A stretch of 39,427 nucleotides of DNA, from IMG/VR virus record IMGVR_UViG_3300045988_156365. The stretch is one strand, 5' to 3'. This document shows, in pieces, positions 1 through 7,601 of the stretch. The notes under the pieces were generated by a model. That model saw nothing but the letters and a program-made list of their open reading frames with translations, did not search any database and had not been told where the DNA came from. Numbering within the stretch: the first letter of the stretch is position 1; each line of letters begins with the position of its first letter. Source of the DNA: a virus. Both the position numbers and the translations under genes were made by a program.

Positions 1-54
1 GCACCCGTAGCCCAGTTTGCACCCGTCGCCCAGGTCGCACCCGTCGCCCAGTTT
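1..54. repeat. 18-nt tandem repeat, 3 units; part of the same array as 39279..39427
   Basis: Units 1-18, 19-36 and 37-54 (GCACCCGT[A/C]GCCCAG[T/G]T[T/C]) read directly. Positions 1-41 are identical to 39387-39427. Confidence 0.95.
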
Positions 55-153
55 GATATTGCGCGCCTCAAATTCGGAGGCTAATTCAGAAAGTTCATTG
101 TACTGAAAGGGTGTCCAGCCTTTGTCTGAAACCCAGAGATAAAGTGTTTTCAT
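1..153 (-). CDS. 5' part (51 codons) of a hexapeptide-repeat protein gene split by the window boundary; continues at 39427
   Basis: ATG at 153..151, absent from the ORF track because it is too short in-window. Hand translation gives [51 protein letters not shown]. The frame is open to nt 1 and in phase with the repeat frame at the other window end. Confidence 0.75.
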   Translation of the reverse strand, partial: MKTLYLWVSDKGWTPFQYNELSELASEFEARNIKLGDGCDLGDGCKLGYGC

Positions 154-195
154 GGTTAGTTATCTTTGTGCTTAAATTTTAAAACAGTTTATGGA

Positions 196-618
196 TTAAA
201 ATACAACCACCATTGACGGGAACGGAGCACTATTTTTTTGGTCCCCGAATTTTAGCCTCCCCTTTATAAATCTAATTTCCCGTGCTTTGTGGTAAATAAA
301 TTCGTGAAAATATCGAGTATCTGTACGCGCCGGAATCAACATTACAACTATTGTGTTGATTTTTTGTGCCTCCATGAAGCATTTACGAACCCATGCGTAT
401 ATATCCCGACCGTATGGCGGATTGCAAAAAACAGTATTCCCGCCCCAATCTTTTCGGAGCCCGTCCTGCTCTTTGGTGTAGAATTTAACACACTTAGCAT
501 TATGCGGGGTGGCGCAAGGATCAAGTGTAAAATGAAATTCACTATTGAGTTTATCATAGAAATCCTGTGGTGTGGCCCACAAATCGGTCTTAGATGAAAA
601 CATCGTTTCTGTATTCAT
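196..618 (-). CDS. dam: DNA N6-adenine methyltransferase (phage Dam family)
   Basis: 140 aa with the catalytic motif FCNPPYG, an N-terminal DLWATPQDFY...F.LDPCA block typical of the small phage Dam family, and a C-terminal GRLKF segment. Confidence 0.85.
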   Translation of the reverse strand: MNTETMFSSKTDLWATPQDFYDKLNSEFHFTLDPCATPHNAKCVKFYTKEQDGLRKDWGGNTVFCNPPYGRDIYAWVRKCFMEAQKINTIVVMLIPARTDTRYFHEFIYHKAREIRFIKGRLKFGDQKNSAPFPSMVVVF

Positions 619-621
619 AAA

Positions 622-1074
622 TTAGTTTTTTTTGTGTTTGACTTTCCAATTCGGTATGCAGGAAATCCAGCCCCAGAACGGTATGCGCCGCTTCAAGTAG
701 TCCGGATCATCCTCATGGTTGTACGCCTCGGTCTCGAAGCAGGTGTAGTAGTACGCGCCCGGATAAGGCGGGATAATCACTTCGATCAGCCACGAAATGC
801 CGTAGCAAATCCATCCGGCGAAGAGAATGCCGACCACCGTAAGCACCCAGCCCCACCACGCGAACGAGTAGCTGATGGCGACGGGCAGGAGGATTGCCGC
901 GGACAGCACGGCCAGTTCGATCTGCTGGGCGCAGTGGATTCCTTCATGGCGGCGCGTAGTCTCGTCCAAATGTCGGTCTTTCGGCTTGCGGGTGAATGCG
1001 AATGCAAGCCATGTTACCCAACTGAATCCCTTGAACGGGATCAATTTGTTGTGAACCTCGATAGGCAGTTTCAT
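622..1074 (-). CDS. multi-pass membrane protein with a zincin-like HExxH motif
   Basis: 150 aa with HEGIHCAQQ immediately before hydrophobic helices (LAVLSAAILLPVAISY, WGWVLTVVGILFAGWICYGISWLIEVI). ATGA start/stop overlap with the upstream gene at 1071-1074. Confidence 0.6.
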   Translation of the reverse strand: MKLPIEVHNKLIPFKGFSWVTWLAFAFTRKPKDRHLDETTRRHEGIHCAQQIELAVLSAAILLPVAISYSFAWWGWVLTVVGILFAGWICYGISWLIEVIIPPYPGAYYYTCFETEAYNHEDDPDYLKRRIPFWGWISCIPNWKVKHKKN

Positions 1075-1496
1075 AGGGTTAATTCATATCCGTTAGTTAC
1101 CACTCCATCAACTGCTTCGACAAGATTATTCAAGAGCGACGCCCCGAAGCAACTCCATAGGATGCCATATACGCCCTTATATTTGATCTCTGAATATTCT
1201 TTGCGGTTGTATTGGATGTTAAGGTAGAACGGAACACCCTCATCATCCTCCATGACTTTCGGCAACACCGCCAGCAGGTCGGCGACAGTAAAGGCGGGGA
1301 TAAAATATTCGGGAAATTCTTGATAGGCCAGAATCTTATACAGCTTACACTCCTGCCAAATTTTGAGCTCATAGTTTTCTTCGTCCACTGTACCACAAAC
1401 CCATCCCCATTCCCATACCATGCTCGCCTTATATGCGGGCACTCCCAACTCGATCAGCCGCTTCGACTGCTGGATGCTCGTTACTTGGTTTTCCAT
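1071..1496 (-). CDS. hypothetical protein
   Basis: 141-aa ORF with an ATG start, tightly packed in the leftward operon. No motif recognised. Confidence 0.65.
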   Translation of the reverse strand: MENQVTSIQQSKRLIELGVPAYKASMVWEWGWVCGTVDEENYELKIWQECKLYKILAYQEFPEYFIPAFTVADLLAVLPKVMEDDEGVPFYLNIQYNRKEYSEIKYKGVYGILWSCFGASLLNNLVEAVDGVVTNGYELTL

Positions 1497-1596
1497 AGTT
1501 GATTGTTTTTTATTCGCATAATCCGTAATAACTCATACAGCTGTCTTTCCCACCCGAAAAGGTGACTATGACTTTCATTTTATCGTTCGTTAAAGG

Positions 1597-1881
1597 TTAA
1601 TTTTTCGCTTTTTTCTCTACCGAAATTAGACGTCCGGAGGCGTCGTAAACTCTCTTTTCCGTGTCGTTCTCTACCACGGTGTAAAGCAGAACGCCGTTTT
1701 TGTCCTTGACAATGTACCCGCTGGCCGTCTTGATTTTGACGTATACCACTTCCCCCTTGGAATCCTTTATCACCGTTTGATTTTGGCCATACGCGGGGGT
1801 CACAGCCATCAATGCGATGCAGATGATAACGAAAATGATTGCTGCCAAATAGGCGATGGTTGCTTTTGTCTCCTGTTTCAT
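1597..1881 (-). CDS. small membrane-anchored or secreted protein
   Basis: MKQETKATIAYLAAIIFVIICIALMAVTPAYGQ (signal-anchor-like) followed by a beta-rich tail. ATG 1881..1879 overlaps the upstream TGA (ATGA). An alternative ATG lies at 1908. The 237-aa track ORF extension is an out-of-frame overlap of the upstream gene. Confidence 0.6.
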   Translation of the reverse strand: MKQETKATIAYLAAIIFVIICIALMAVTPAYGQNQTVIKDSKGEVVYVKIKTASGYIVKDKNGVLLYTVVENDTEKRVYDASGRLISVEKKAKN

Positions 1882-2345
1882 TTTTGTGATTTTTTTTGTT
1901 TGCTCCATAATTCCAGAATCTTCTTTTTTTGCTCCGGCGACATAGCCGCGAGCTGGGAATCCCTCACCTTTGCCTCGGCGTCTGCTGTCCGGCCGCATTC
2001 TGCGCACCGCTCGTCGAAGTATTCCGCGAACCACTGGTAGACTATCTGCCCGTCGAGACGCCCGTATAATGCGCCGTATTGTCCTTTTTTGGCCCGCGTC
2101 ATCACAAGTCGTACGTCTGCCAGGTTTAGCGCGTAGAAATCCTCCAGGATCATGGAACACGTCTCGATGATTTGAAACCTGTTCATCTTGGCGGATATGT
2201 TGAGAAACGATTGCAGATCGTCGATCCATAGCGCCATGCAGGATATAACGAGCTCGTCTCCGTGGATTCGCCGAAGCCCCGACAGGGATTCCATTCCCGA
2301 CTGAGCGCATTTTATCGGCGTGGACATAGCCCTACACGTCCTCAT
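1878..2345 (-). CDS. hypothetical protein (conserved-looking, function unknown)
   Basis: The track ORF 1878..2495 overlaps the upstream gene. The first ATG after the upstream stop (2359) is at 2345, with an alternative at 2327. Sequence includes ...ILEDFYALNLADVRLVMTRAKKGQYGALYGRLDGQIVYQWFAEYFDERC.... Confidence 0.6.
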   Translation of the reverse strand: MRTCRAMSTPIKCAQSGMESLSGLRRIHGDELVISCMALWIDDLQSFLNISAKMNRFQIIETCSMILEDFYALNLADVRLVMTRAKKGQYGALYGRLDGQIVYQWFAEYFDERCAECGRTADAEAKVRDSQLAAMSPEQKKKILELWSKQKKSQK

Positions 2346-2358
2346 TCCATCCACCGGG

Positions 2359-3213
2359 CTATACAGGGCGGCTGGCGCCAAGGATGCGCTCAAACACAGC
2401 CCGCTCTTCGTCCGAGAGACCTCCTGCCCCTGTTGTCTTTCCTTGCTTTTCATTTTTCCACACTCGATTTTGTTTCTGCGATATTGCGAACTCAAAAATG
2501 CGTTTCCAGTCTATCGTCTTTCCCCTTCCCTTTTTCTTGTGCAGCCATCCAGCCTCCGTCGCCCAATACTCCTTGCATGCCTTTTCGAGGGTGAGAGAGA
2601 CGTCGACCCCCGGATTGAAGCGCTCCCTTTCCGCCATCCACTCCTTGTCCTGCGTCCATCTGCACCATGCTTCCCGGCATGATTGCAGGTAAACGTCGAA
2701 GCTATCGCGCCATGTCACCTCTTGGGCTGTCTCGATTTTTTCGCGCGCGCTTTTTTTGTTTTTACCAGCAATAGAAATATTCTCTGTTACTATCTCGGCA
2801 TCTTCGAGTACGTTAGTACGAGAAGATATAATACTACCAGTATCAGTATCAGTATCAGTATCAGTATCAAGGTTCGTCTGGGTTTTGTTGGGTTTTGTTG
2901 GGTTTTGTTGGGTTTTTCTGGGTTCCCAAAATAACCCACTGGGTTTTTCTGGGTTTTTTGTGGATTTAGGACGTCCGCCTTTTTTGCCGTTATTCCTATT
3001 CCTCTCAACCACAGCGTCGTACCTCTTGTTGTTTTCGTCTATGTATGGCTTGGTAAGGTCGAATATCATAGCCACCACTACCGAATCTCCGCTATACTCC
3101 TCTCCGTCGAATCCATATCGCATGATCGCATCCAGCACCTCCCCTTTTTCGGTCATCGAAAGACGGTTGGTCGCTGTAAGCAGACTTCGAGGTATTACCA
3201 TGGATTCTTTCAT
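2359..3213 (-). CDS. putative replication organiser/initiator (DUF6291/DUF4373-like N-terminal domain)
   Basis: N-terminus ...LSMTEKGEVLDAIMRYGFDGEE...NKRYDAVVERNRNNGKKGGRPK resembles the DUF6291 architecture as recalled from memory. A low-complexity linker (DTDTDTDTDT, NPTKPNKTQ) is followed by a W-rich C-terminal domain. Confidence 0.5.
   Translation of the reverse strand: MKESMVIPRSLLTATNRLSMTEKGEVLDAIMRYGFDGEEYSGDSVVVAMIFDLTKPYIDENNKRYDAVVERNRNNGKKGGRPKSTKNPEKPSGLFWEPRKTQQNPTKPNKTQTNLDTDTDTDTDTGSIISSRTNVLEDAEIVTENISIAGKNKKSAREKIETAQEVTWRDSFDVYLQSCREAWCRWTQDKEWMAERERFNPGVDVSLTLEKACKEYWATEAGWLHKKKGRGKTIDWKRIFEFAISQKQNRVWKNEKQGKTTGAGGLSDEERAVFERILGASRPV
2838..2869. repeat. hexanucleotide tandem repeat (CAGTAT)x5
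   Basis: Read directly. It encodes (DT)5 on the minus strand, within the linker of the replication protein gene. Confidence 0.95.
2880..2960. repeat. 10-bp periodic iteron-like array (GGGTTTTGTT x3 plus degenerate GGGTTTTTCT / GGGTTTTTTG copies)
   Basis: Three perfect head-to-tail copies at 2880-2909. Related copies start at 2910, 2941 and 2951. Confidence 0.85.
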
Positions 3214-3224
3214 ATTCGTTTAAA

Positions 3225-3278
3225 TAAAAAAACCGCTCGTTCGATACCGGGGGGCAGCCCGGTATCTACTAAAGCGGT
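3225..3278 (-). terminator. intrinsic terminator downstream of the HNH gene
   Basis: Minus-sense hairpin ACCGCTTTAGTAGATACCGG-GCTGCCC-CCGGTATCGAACGAGCGGT followed by TTTTTTTATTT. Confidence 0.7.
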
Positions 3279-3350
3279 AAGTTGCATTTTGCCCCTGCCC
3301 GAGCATTCACACCGCAAATATAAACAAATTTTTCCATTCTCCAAAAAAAA

Positions 3351-3812
3351 TCAGAACGGAGTGTCCGTCATTGCCTGCCTCATGATCTCCTCCATGTATG
3401 CTTCCCTCTTCGCTGCGCGGCTGCGTCTGTTTGCCGCCGCCCGCTGTCTTTTGGCTACACTCAGCGGGTTGGCCATGTTCTCCTTCATGTCCCGGCACCA
3501 CCTCAGATTCGAGGCATTGTTGTTCTCGACGTTCGTATCAAGGTGATCCACGATTTTGTCCCCCCCCCTTTTTGGGATAAAAGCTTCAGCTACAAGGCGG
3601 TGAACAAAGTAGTTGTACCTCCCTAAACGGTTGAATAACCGCACCCTTACGTACCCGTCGGCATTGTAATCCACCTTCAACACATGGGGGTCTCCGCGCC
3701 GCGTAGACACCACCGTTCCGTCCTCTCCGATCCAATATCCCGGGAACTCGTCGATGGGCTTAAACTTCACCCCCCCCCTGCACTCCGGGAATCGTATGAA
3801 ATATGCATTCAT
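3351..3812 (-). CDS. HNH homing endonuclease (NUMOD4-like N-terminus plus HNH_3-like core)
   Basis: Contains FPGYWIGEDGTVVS and HRLVAEAFIP...VDHLDTNVENNNASNLRW. It also contains two G9 tracts on its coding strand. Confidence 0.85.
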   Translation of the reverse strand: MNAYFIRFPECRGGVKFKPIDEFPGYWIGEDGTVVSTRRGDPHVLKVDYNADGYVRVRLFNRLGRYNYFVHRLVAEAFIPKRGGDKIVDHLDTNVENNNASNLRWCRDMKENMANPLSVAKRQRAAANRRSRAAKREAYMEEIMRQAMTDTPF

Positions 3813-3821
3813 TCATGTTGC

Positions 3822-4142
3822 CTATTTTTGGCGCCTTAGGGCGCATTTTACAATCTCTTCGAGGGTTGCATCCGGATCGGCATTCAAAGCCTCTAAAACG
3901 GCCTGTTTTGCCCTTTCTTTGGGGAAGCCCAAAGTGTTGAGAGCTCGTATCGCGTCCGCCTGCAATTCCTCGTTTATTTCCGGCGCTTCCGCTTCTGTCG
4001 GATCCGAATCCTCAGCCTCGGATTCGCCCCCGGCCTGCGGAGGCAGGCCGAGCGCATATCCTATAAAGTTCGACAACATCAGTAGCGGGAACAGGACAAG
4101 GCCAACGAGCCATTCCATCGCCGTGTTCATATCATCGTTCAT
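3822..4142 (-). CDS. membrane-anchored protein with a RuvA-domain-III/UBA-like C-terminus
   Basis: N-terminal TM helix (WLVGLVLFPLLMLSNFIGYALGL) and an acidic linker. The C-terminus DAIRALNTLGFPKERAKQAVLEALNADPDATLEEIVKCALR closely parallels the RuvA C-terminal three-helix domain pattern (A..AL..LG[FY]...A...V........ee.I..AL). Confidence 0.55.
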   Translation of the reverse strand: MNDDMNTAMEWLVGLVLFPLLMLSNFIGYALGLPPQAGGESEAEDSDPTEAEAPEINEELQADAIRALNTLGFPKERAKQAVLEALNADPDATLEEIVKCALRRQK

Positions 4143-4326
4143 GAGTTTTTACGTCTTGCCGGGGCATAGGAGGATAGACTGTCGTATCTATGAAGTCCAC
4201 GCCCCCGAATTTCACTGTTTTCACTCGCCCGCTGGCAATGCGCATCTGCACACCCCGATAGGTGATTCCGCACCTGCGGGCGTATTCGGCTATTGTAACT
4301 ACTGTCTCTTTCTGCTTCGGCTTCAT
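4132..4326 (-). CDS. small helix-turn-helix DNA-binding protein (excisionase/MerR-like HTH)
   Basis: 64 aa with TIAEYARRCGITYRGVQMRIASGRV, typical of HTH_17-type proteins. Confidence 0.6.
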   Translation of the reverse strand: MKPKQKETVVTIAEYARRCGITYRGVQMRIASGRVKTVKFGGVDFIDTTVYPPMPRQDVKTHER

Positions 4327-4335
4327 CTTTTTCTG

Positions 4336-5223
4336 TTATTTTTCGGGTTCGTCAGTCACATCCACGGCCTCCTGCTCTTCGACGGCCGCAATATTGTCGT
4401 CCACTCCGTCGACATACTCGGGGGTCGCCTGCGACATATCCATCGAGGAGGGGGTTGCCATGTCGTATTTTAGCGCTGTGATAAGCTTCGAGTTGGCCAT
4501 TACATCCATGCTACCCCATTTCATCAAGATGCGTTTGATGACCGTCTTTTCATACATGGCAGGCTTGTTTTTCTGCCACAAACCATTTTTGTTGTAGTAG
4601 CTTTTGCTGTACTTCTTGCCGTGCTCCTCCAGCTCTTCGACCGTCATGTACAGGTAGTGATCGCCGCCGTTTATGTAGCGAAGATAGGCTACATATCCGA
4701 GCAGTTTTGTGCGTTCGTGCGGCTCCTGGTTATACTCCATATCGCCCGTAAAGGGGTCGTGATACTTTATGTCCCCCTCATACACCGGAGCGGCCATCAA
4801 CCGCTGGATCATCCCGGTATTGTTGGCAAGTTGCACCAGCCCGTTTTTCATCGGCATGAACACCGCCTTCTTGGTGACTACCTGCTGCCCGTTCTTGTAC
4901 GTAGTCTCAGTGAAGGGAACGATGGCGGCCTGCCCGAATGCCGGATCGAGGGAAAGCCCCGTTGTTGCACAGGCCATGCACGAGCGCATGATGGATTTGG
5001 GCGTGCACTCCCGCAGCATTTTGTTCTCGGGAGCCACCAGCAGGTTGCGTACGGCCTGCGTGAATATCGGAGCCCTGTCGCCGAGCACCGCATGCAGGCG
5101 CGCCTGCACCTCCCCTTTTTTGTCCTCCAGCAGGGCGATCATCTCCTGCAAATTCGGGGTGGCGGTCTTGGCTACCATCCCCTCGCGCATTGCGCGTTCG
5201 TTCTTGTCTGTTATGGTTGTCAT
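4336..5223 (-). CDS. recT: RecT-family single-strand annealing recombinase
   Basis: 295 aa with CTPKSIMRSCMACATTGLSLDPAFGQAAIVPF... and a conserved RecT-like core. It lies adjacent to a YqaJ-type exonuclease. Confidence 0.85.
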   Translation of the reverse strand: MTTITDKNERAMREGMVAKTATPNLQEMIALLEDKKGEVQARLHAVLGDRAPIFTQAVRNLLVAPENKMLRECTPKSIMRSCMACATTGLSLDPAFGQAAIVPFTETTYKNGQQVVTKKAVFMPMKNGLVQLANNTGMIQRLMAAPVYEGDIKYHDPFTGDMEYNQEPHERTKLLGYVAYLRYINGGDHYLYMTVEELEEHGKKYSKSYYNKNGLWQKNKPAMYEKTVIKRILMKWGSMDVMANSKLITALKYDMATPSSMDMSQATPEYVDGVDDNIAAVEEQEAVDVTDEPEK

Positions 5224-5513
5224 ATTCCTAAAAAAAGCTCTAAGGTTGATGTTTTGAAATCGTTTAGTACCTCGTCACCCTCCGCGTCGAACGTGTGGAA
5301 CTCCCACCATATCCACACCAGTTTTTCCATCCGCGTTTCCTTTTCTCCCGATCCCAGTGTATCGGTGTGCCAATACACCATAACGGAGGGGGTGAAACGC
5401 CAGCCTTCGCCCGAGATGCTGTCGGAGAAGTATGTATTCCCGTTGATGGCGTCCGTGAGGCGGCTTGCTACCTCCTCGTATTCCCGTGCTGTTATTTCTC
5501 GCTTCGTCTTCAT
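5220..5513 (-). CDS. hypothetical protein
   Basis: 97-aa ORF between the exonuclease and RecT genes, with 4-nt overlap coupling. Confidence 0.6.
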   Translation of the reverse strand: MKTKREITAREYEEVASRLTDAINGNTYFSDSISGEGWRFTPSVMVYWHTDTLGSGEKETRMEKLVWIWWEFHTFDAEGDEVLNDFKTSTLELFLGI

Positions 5514-5514
5514 G

Positions 5515-6459
5515 TTATTTGAATAATAATTGCCGCGTCGTACTCTCCTTTACATACTTGGCGTATATGTCCGGATTGTCCGCCTTTAATGCCTTCGAAT
5601 CCAGCCTGCGGCTTGTTACAGTCTTGAATGTAGCCAGCGGTCGCCCGTCGTAGGTTATGGTGTCGTACTGCATGAAATACGCCTTAACCCGCTCTTCTGC
5701 CTTGGTGATCTCCGCCTGCATGGCGGCTACCTTCGACCGCTGCGCCTGCACCCACGCGATAATATCCCGTATCTCCGCATCTGCTTCCCGCGGGGCGGCT
5801 TCCGACACAGGCCATGCCAGTATAACGTCCTGGCCTGTCTCCACCGGGGGTATTTCGTCGCCCAAAATGTACCTTTCGAACCAATCCCGGCAGTACTCCA
5901 CGATATAGGCGAATTTGGATCGGTCGAAATCGAATAGCGCATACACGAGCCGCTTGCCTCCCTCCTCCGCGGCTATGTACGCCGCATCGCGCTCCATGAT
6001 CCCCATTTGGTACATGATCTGCGTGTACCACAGCATCGGCACCGTCTCGGGCGTCAGTTCCGGCAGGTGCATTTTCGTGTCCTTGCACTCCAGGATATAC
6101 CGGGTACTCCTGCCCGCGGCGAAAACCTCCCTGTCGGGCGCTGCCTGCATGTAGGACGGGTATTTGTCATTGCGGTACACCTCGATCTGCTCGGATCGTT
6201 TGACGATCTTTTCCCCGGTCACCTGCTCGAACATGCGGGCAATCGCGTCCTCCTTGAAGCGCCCGCGGATCATACTGTCGTTATCCTCTTCGGCCGCGGT
6301 CTCCAAGGTCTCCATTTTCTTTACGCGCCAGTACTGGTACGGCGTCATATAGGGATTAAGCCCCATAATCGTCCCAACGTCGGAACTCCCGATAACGGGG
6401 GTGTCGTTGCGCGCATGTAACCACTCTTGTCGTGTTTTATAGGTCGTTCGTGTTATCAT
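5515..6459 (-). CDS. YqaJ-like (lambda Exo-type, PD-(D/E)XK) recombination exonuclease
   Basis: IGSSDVGTIMGLNPYMTPYQYW N-terminal signature and ILECKDTK (E-x-K). Paired with RecT. Confidence 0.85.
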   Translation of the reverse strand: MITRTTYKTRQEWLHARNDTPVIGSSDVGTIMGLNPYMTPYQYWRVKKMETLETAAEEDNDSMIRGRFKEDAIARMFEQVTGEKIVKRSEQIEVYRNDKYPSYMQAAPDREVFAAGRSTRYILECKDTKMHLPELTPETVPMLWYTQIMYQMGIMERDAAYIAAEEGGKRLVYALFDFDRSKFAYIVEYCRDWFERYILGDEIPPVETGQDVILAWPVSEAAPREADAEIRDIIAWVQAQRSKVAAMQAEITKAEERVKAYFMQYDTITYDGRPLATFKTVTSRRLDSKALKADNPDIYAKYVKESTTRQLLFK

Positions 6460-6805
6460 CTTGTATGATCATATTTAGCAATTGGTTAATTTTATCCTCC
6501 CATCTTCCCCTTATTATCCCGCGCCTGTTGAACCGAAGGGCATGGAATTTCAGGCCAAGGGGGTACAAGTCCAGTATTTGACGGCGGGCACCCGAATAGA
6601 TCAGCGCGCGTTTGGGTTTCAGTTCTCCCGGCTCCCACACACTCCCCCATGATTTTAAGCGCTGGTAAACCCGAATGCAATAGGGAGTTATGTTTCGCCA
6701 GCATATTACGCTGTTGTGTTGATCGGCATACCGTCTGAGTATTTGTACAAACTCGTCATTCCTTCGTTTTTGCAACTGCTGCTTCGTCTCCCGCTCCGTC
6801 ATCAT
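6437..6805 (-). CDS. hypothetical protein
   Basis: 122-aa ORF with an ATG start. It overlaps its neighbours by 23 and 50 nt. Confidence 0.55.
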   Translation of the reverse strand: MMTERETKQQLQKRRNDEFVQILRRYADQHNSVICWRNITPYCIRVYQRLKSWGSVWEPGELKPKRALIYSGARRQILDLYPLGLKFHALRFNRRGIIRGRWEDKINQLLNMIIQDDNTNDL

Positions 6806-7601
6806 GAGTACCGCATTCTTTTTCGTTTAACGCGAGGTAGTCGTCCAGTTCCTTCCTCCAGTCGCCTACCAGTTGATGCGCTTGCGACATATCCCCCTCC
6901 TCTATCGCCGCGTCGATCTCGTCGAGGAAGTCTATATCCTTTCTTAGGCGTTCGTGCCCCTCCTTGCCGTAGTAGTTTGCGGAAATCAGTTTGAACCCGT
7001 CCGGGGTGGCCTTTGTCCCGTGCTTCATCTCCATGCAGAAGGTAGTCCCTTCATGCTTATAATATCGAGCCGTGAAATGTATGCCGGAACGAATTACCGA
7101 TGAAGTCTGCGTGTAACCCGGCCCCGATCCCTTAAACCCGGGGCACACTTGGGCCATCGCTTCGTTGTATACCCTATAATTGGCTATCGCCAATTGCCGC
7201 GCCTGCTCATATCTTTCGGCGCGTCTTTGGTTGAACGCCCGCCAGGCTTCCACGTCCTCCGCCGTGGAATCCTTGGTAATACATGCGGGTTCATCGTTGC
7301 ATACGTCCGAATAGCCATCGCATTCGGGATACACGGGCAGCATCTTCAGTAGTTTGAATTCCGCTACCTTCCACCATCTCGCGCATGGATGCAACAACAT
7401 ATAGTCCTCCCCGTCCTTGATCCCTATTTCTACCGACGAGACGACGGGTGATCCGTCGGCGATCCCGTAGAGTGTGCACGGCGTGGCGCCCGATTTCTTC
7501 AGCACCTCCGCTGCTTCCGCTTCGATAGTGTCGCGCTTTTCTTTCAGTTCGGCGCTCAGGACATAATCCTGGCCTTCTTTGGCCGCTTCGACCCATTTCA
7601 T
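6756..7601 (-). CDS. hypothetical protein; N-terminal half paralogous to 7598..8074
   Basis: Start reassigned to ATG 7601..7599 (MKWVEAAKEG), which overlaps the upstream TGA as ATGA. Shares GIKDGEDYMLLHP and ITKDSTAEDVEAWRAFNQR blocks with the upstream gene. Confidence 0.65.
   Translation of the reverse strand: MKWVEAAKEGQDYVLSAELKEKRDTIEAEAAEVLKKSGATPCTLYGIADGSPVVSSVEIGIKDGEDYMLLHPCARWWKVAEFKLLKMLPVYPECDGYSDVCNDEPACITKDSTAEDVEAWRAFNQRRAERYEQARQLAIANYRVYNEAMAQVCPGFKGSGPGYTQTSSVIRSGIHFTARYYKHEGTTFCMEMKHGTKATPDGFKLISANYYGKEGHERLRKDIDFLDEIDAAIEEGDMSQAHQLVGDWRKELDDYLALNEKECGTHDDGAGDEAAVAKTKE

Noticed and set aside
1-41. The 41-nt terminal redundancy as a biological direct terminal repeat used for packaging.
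   Set aside because: It is far shorter than typical phage DTRs, lies inside a coding tandem repeat, and is of the size expected from an assembler k-mer overlap. It is treated as evidence of circular closure only.
161-168. A plus-strand TATCTTTG box that would drive transcription antisense to the Dam gene (with track ORF 289..597 plus).
   Set aside because: TAnnTTTG is expected by chance roughly 20 times in this genome. The antisense ORF has no supporting features. No -33 element was sought or found.
1882-2310. The N-terminal 140 aa of track ORF 1597..2310 (237 aa).
   Set aside because: This part overlaps gene 1878..2345 out of frame and is Arg-rich nonsense. A coupled ATG at 1881 gives a sensible signal-anchor protein.
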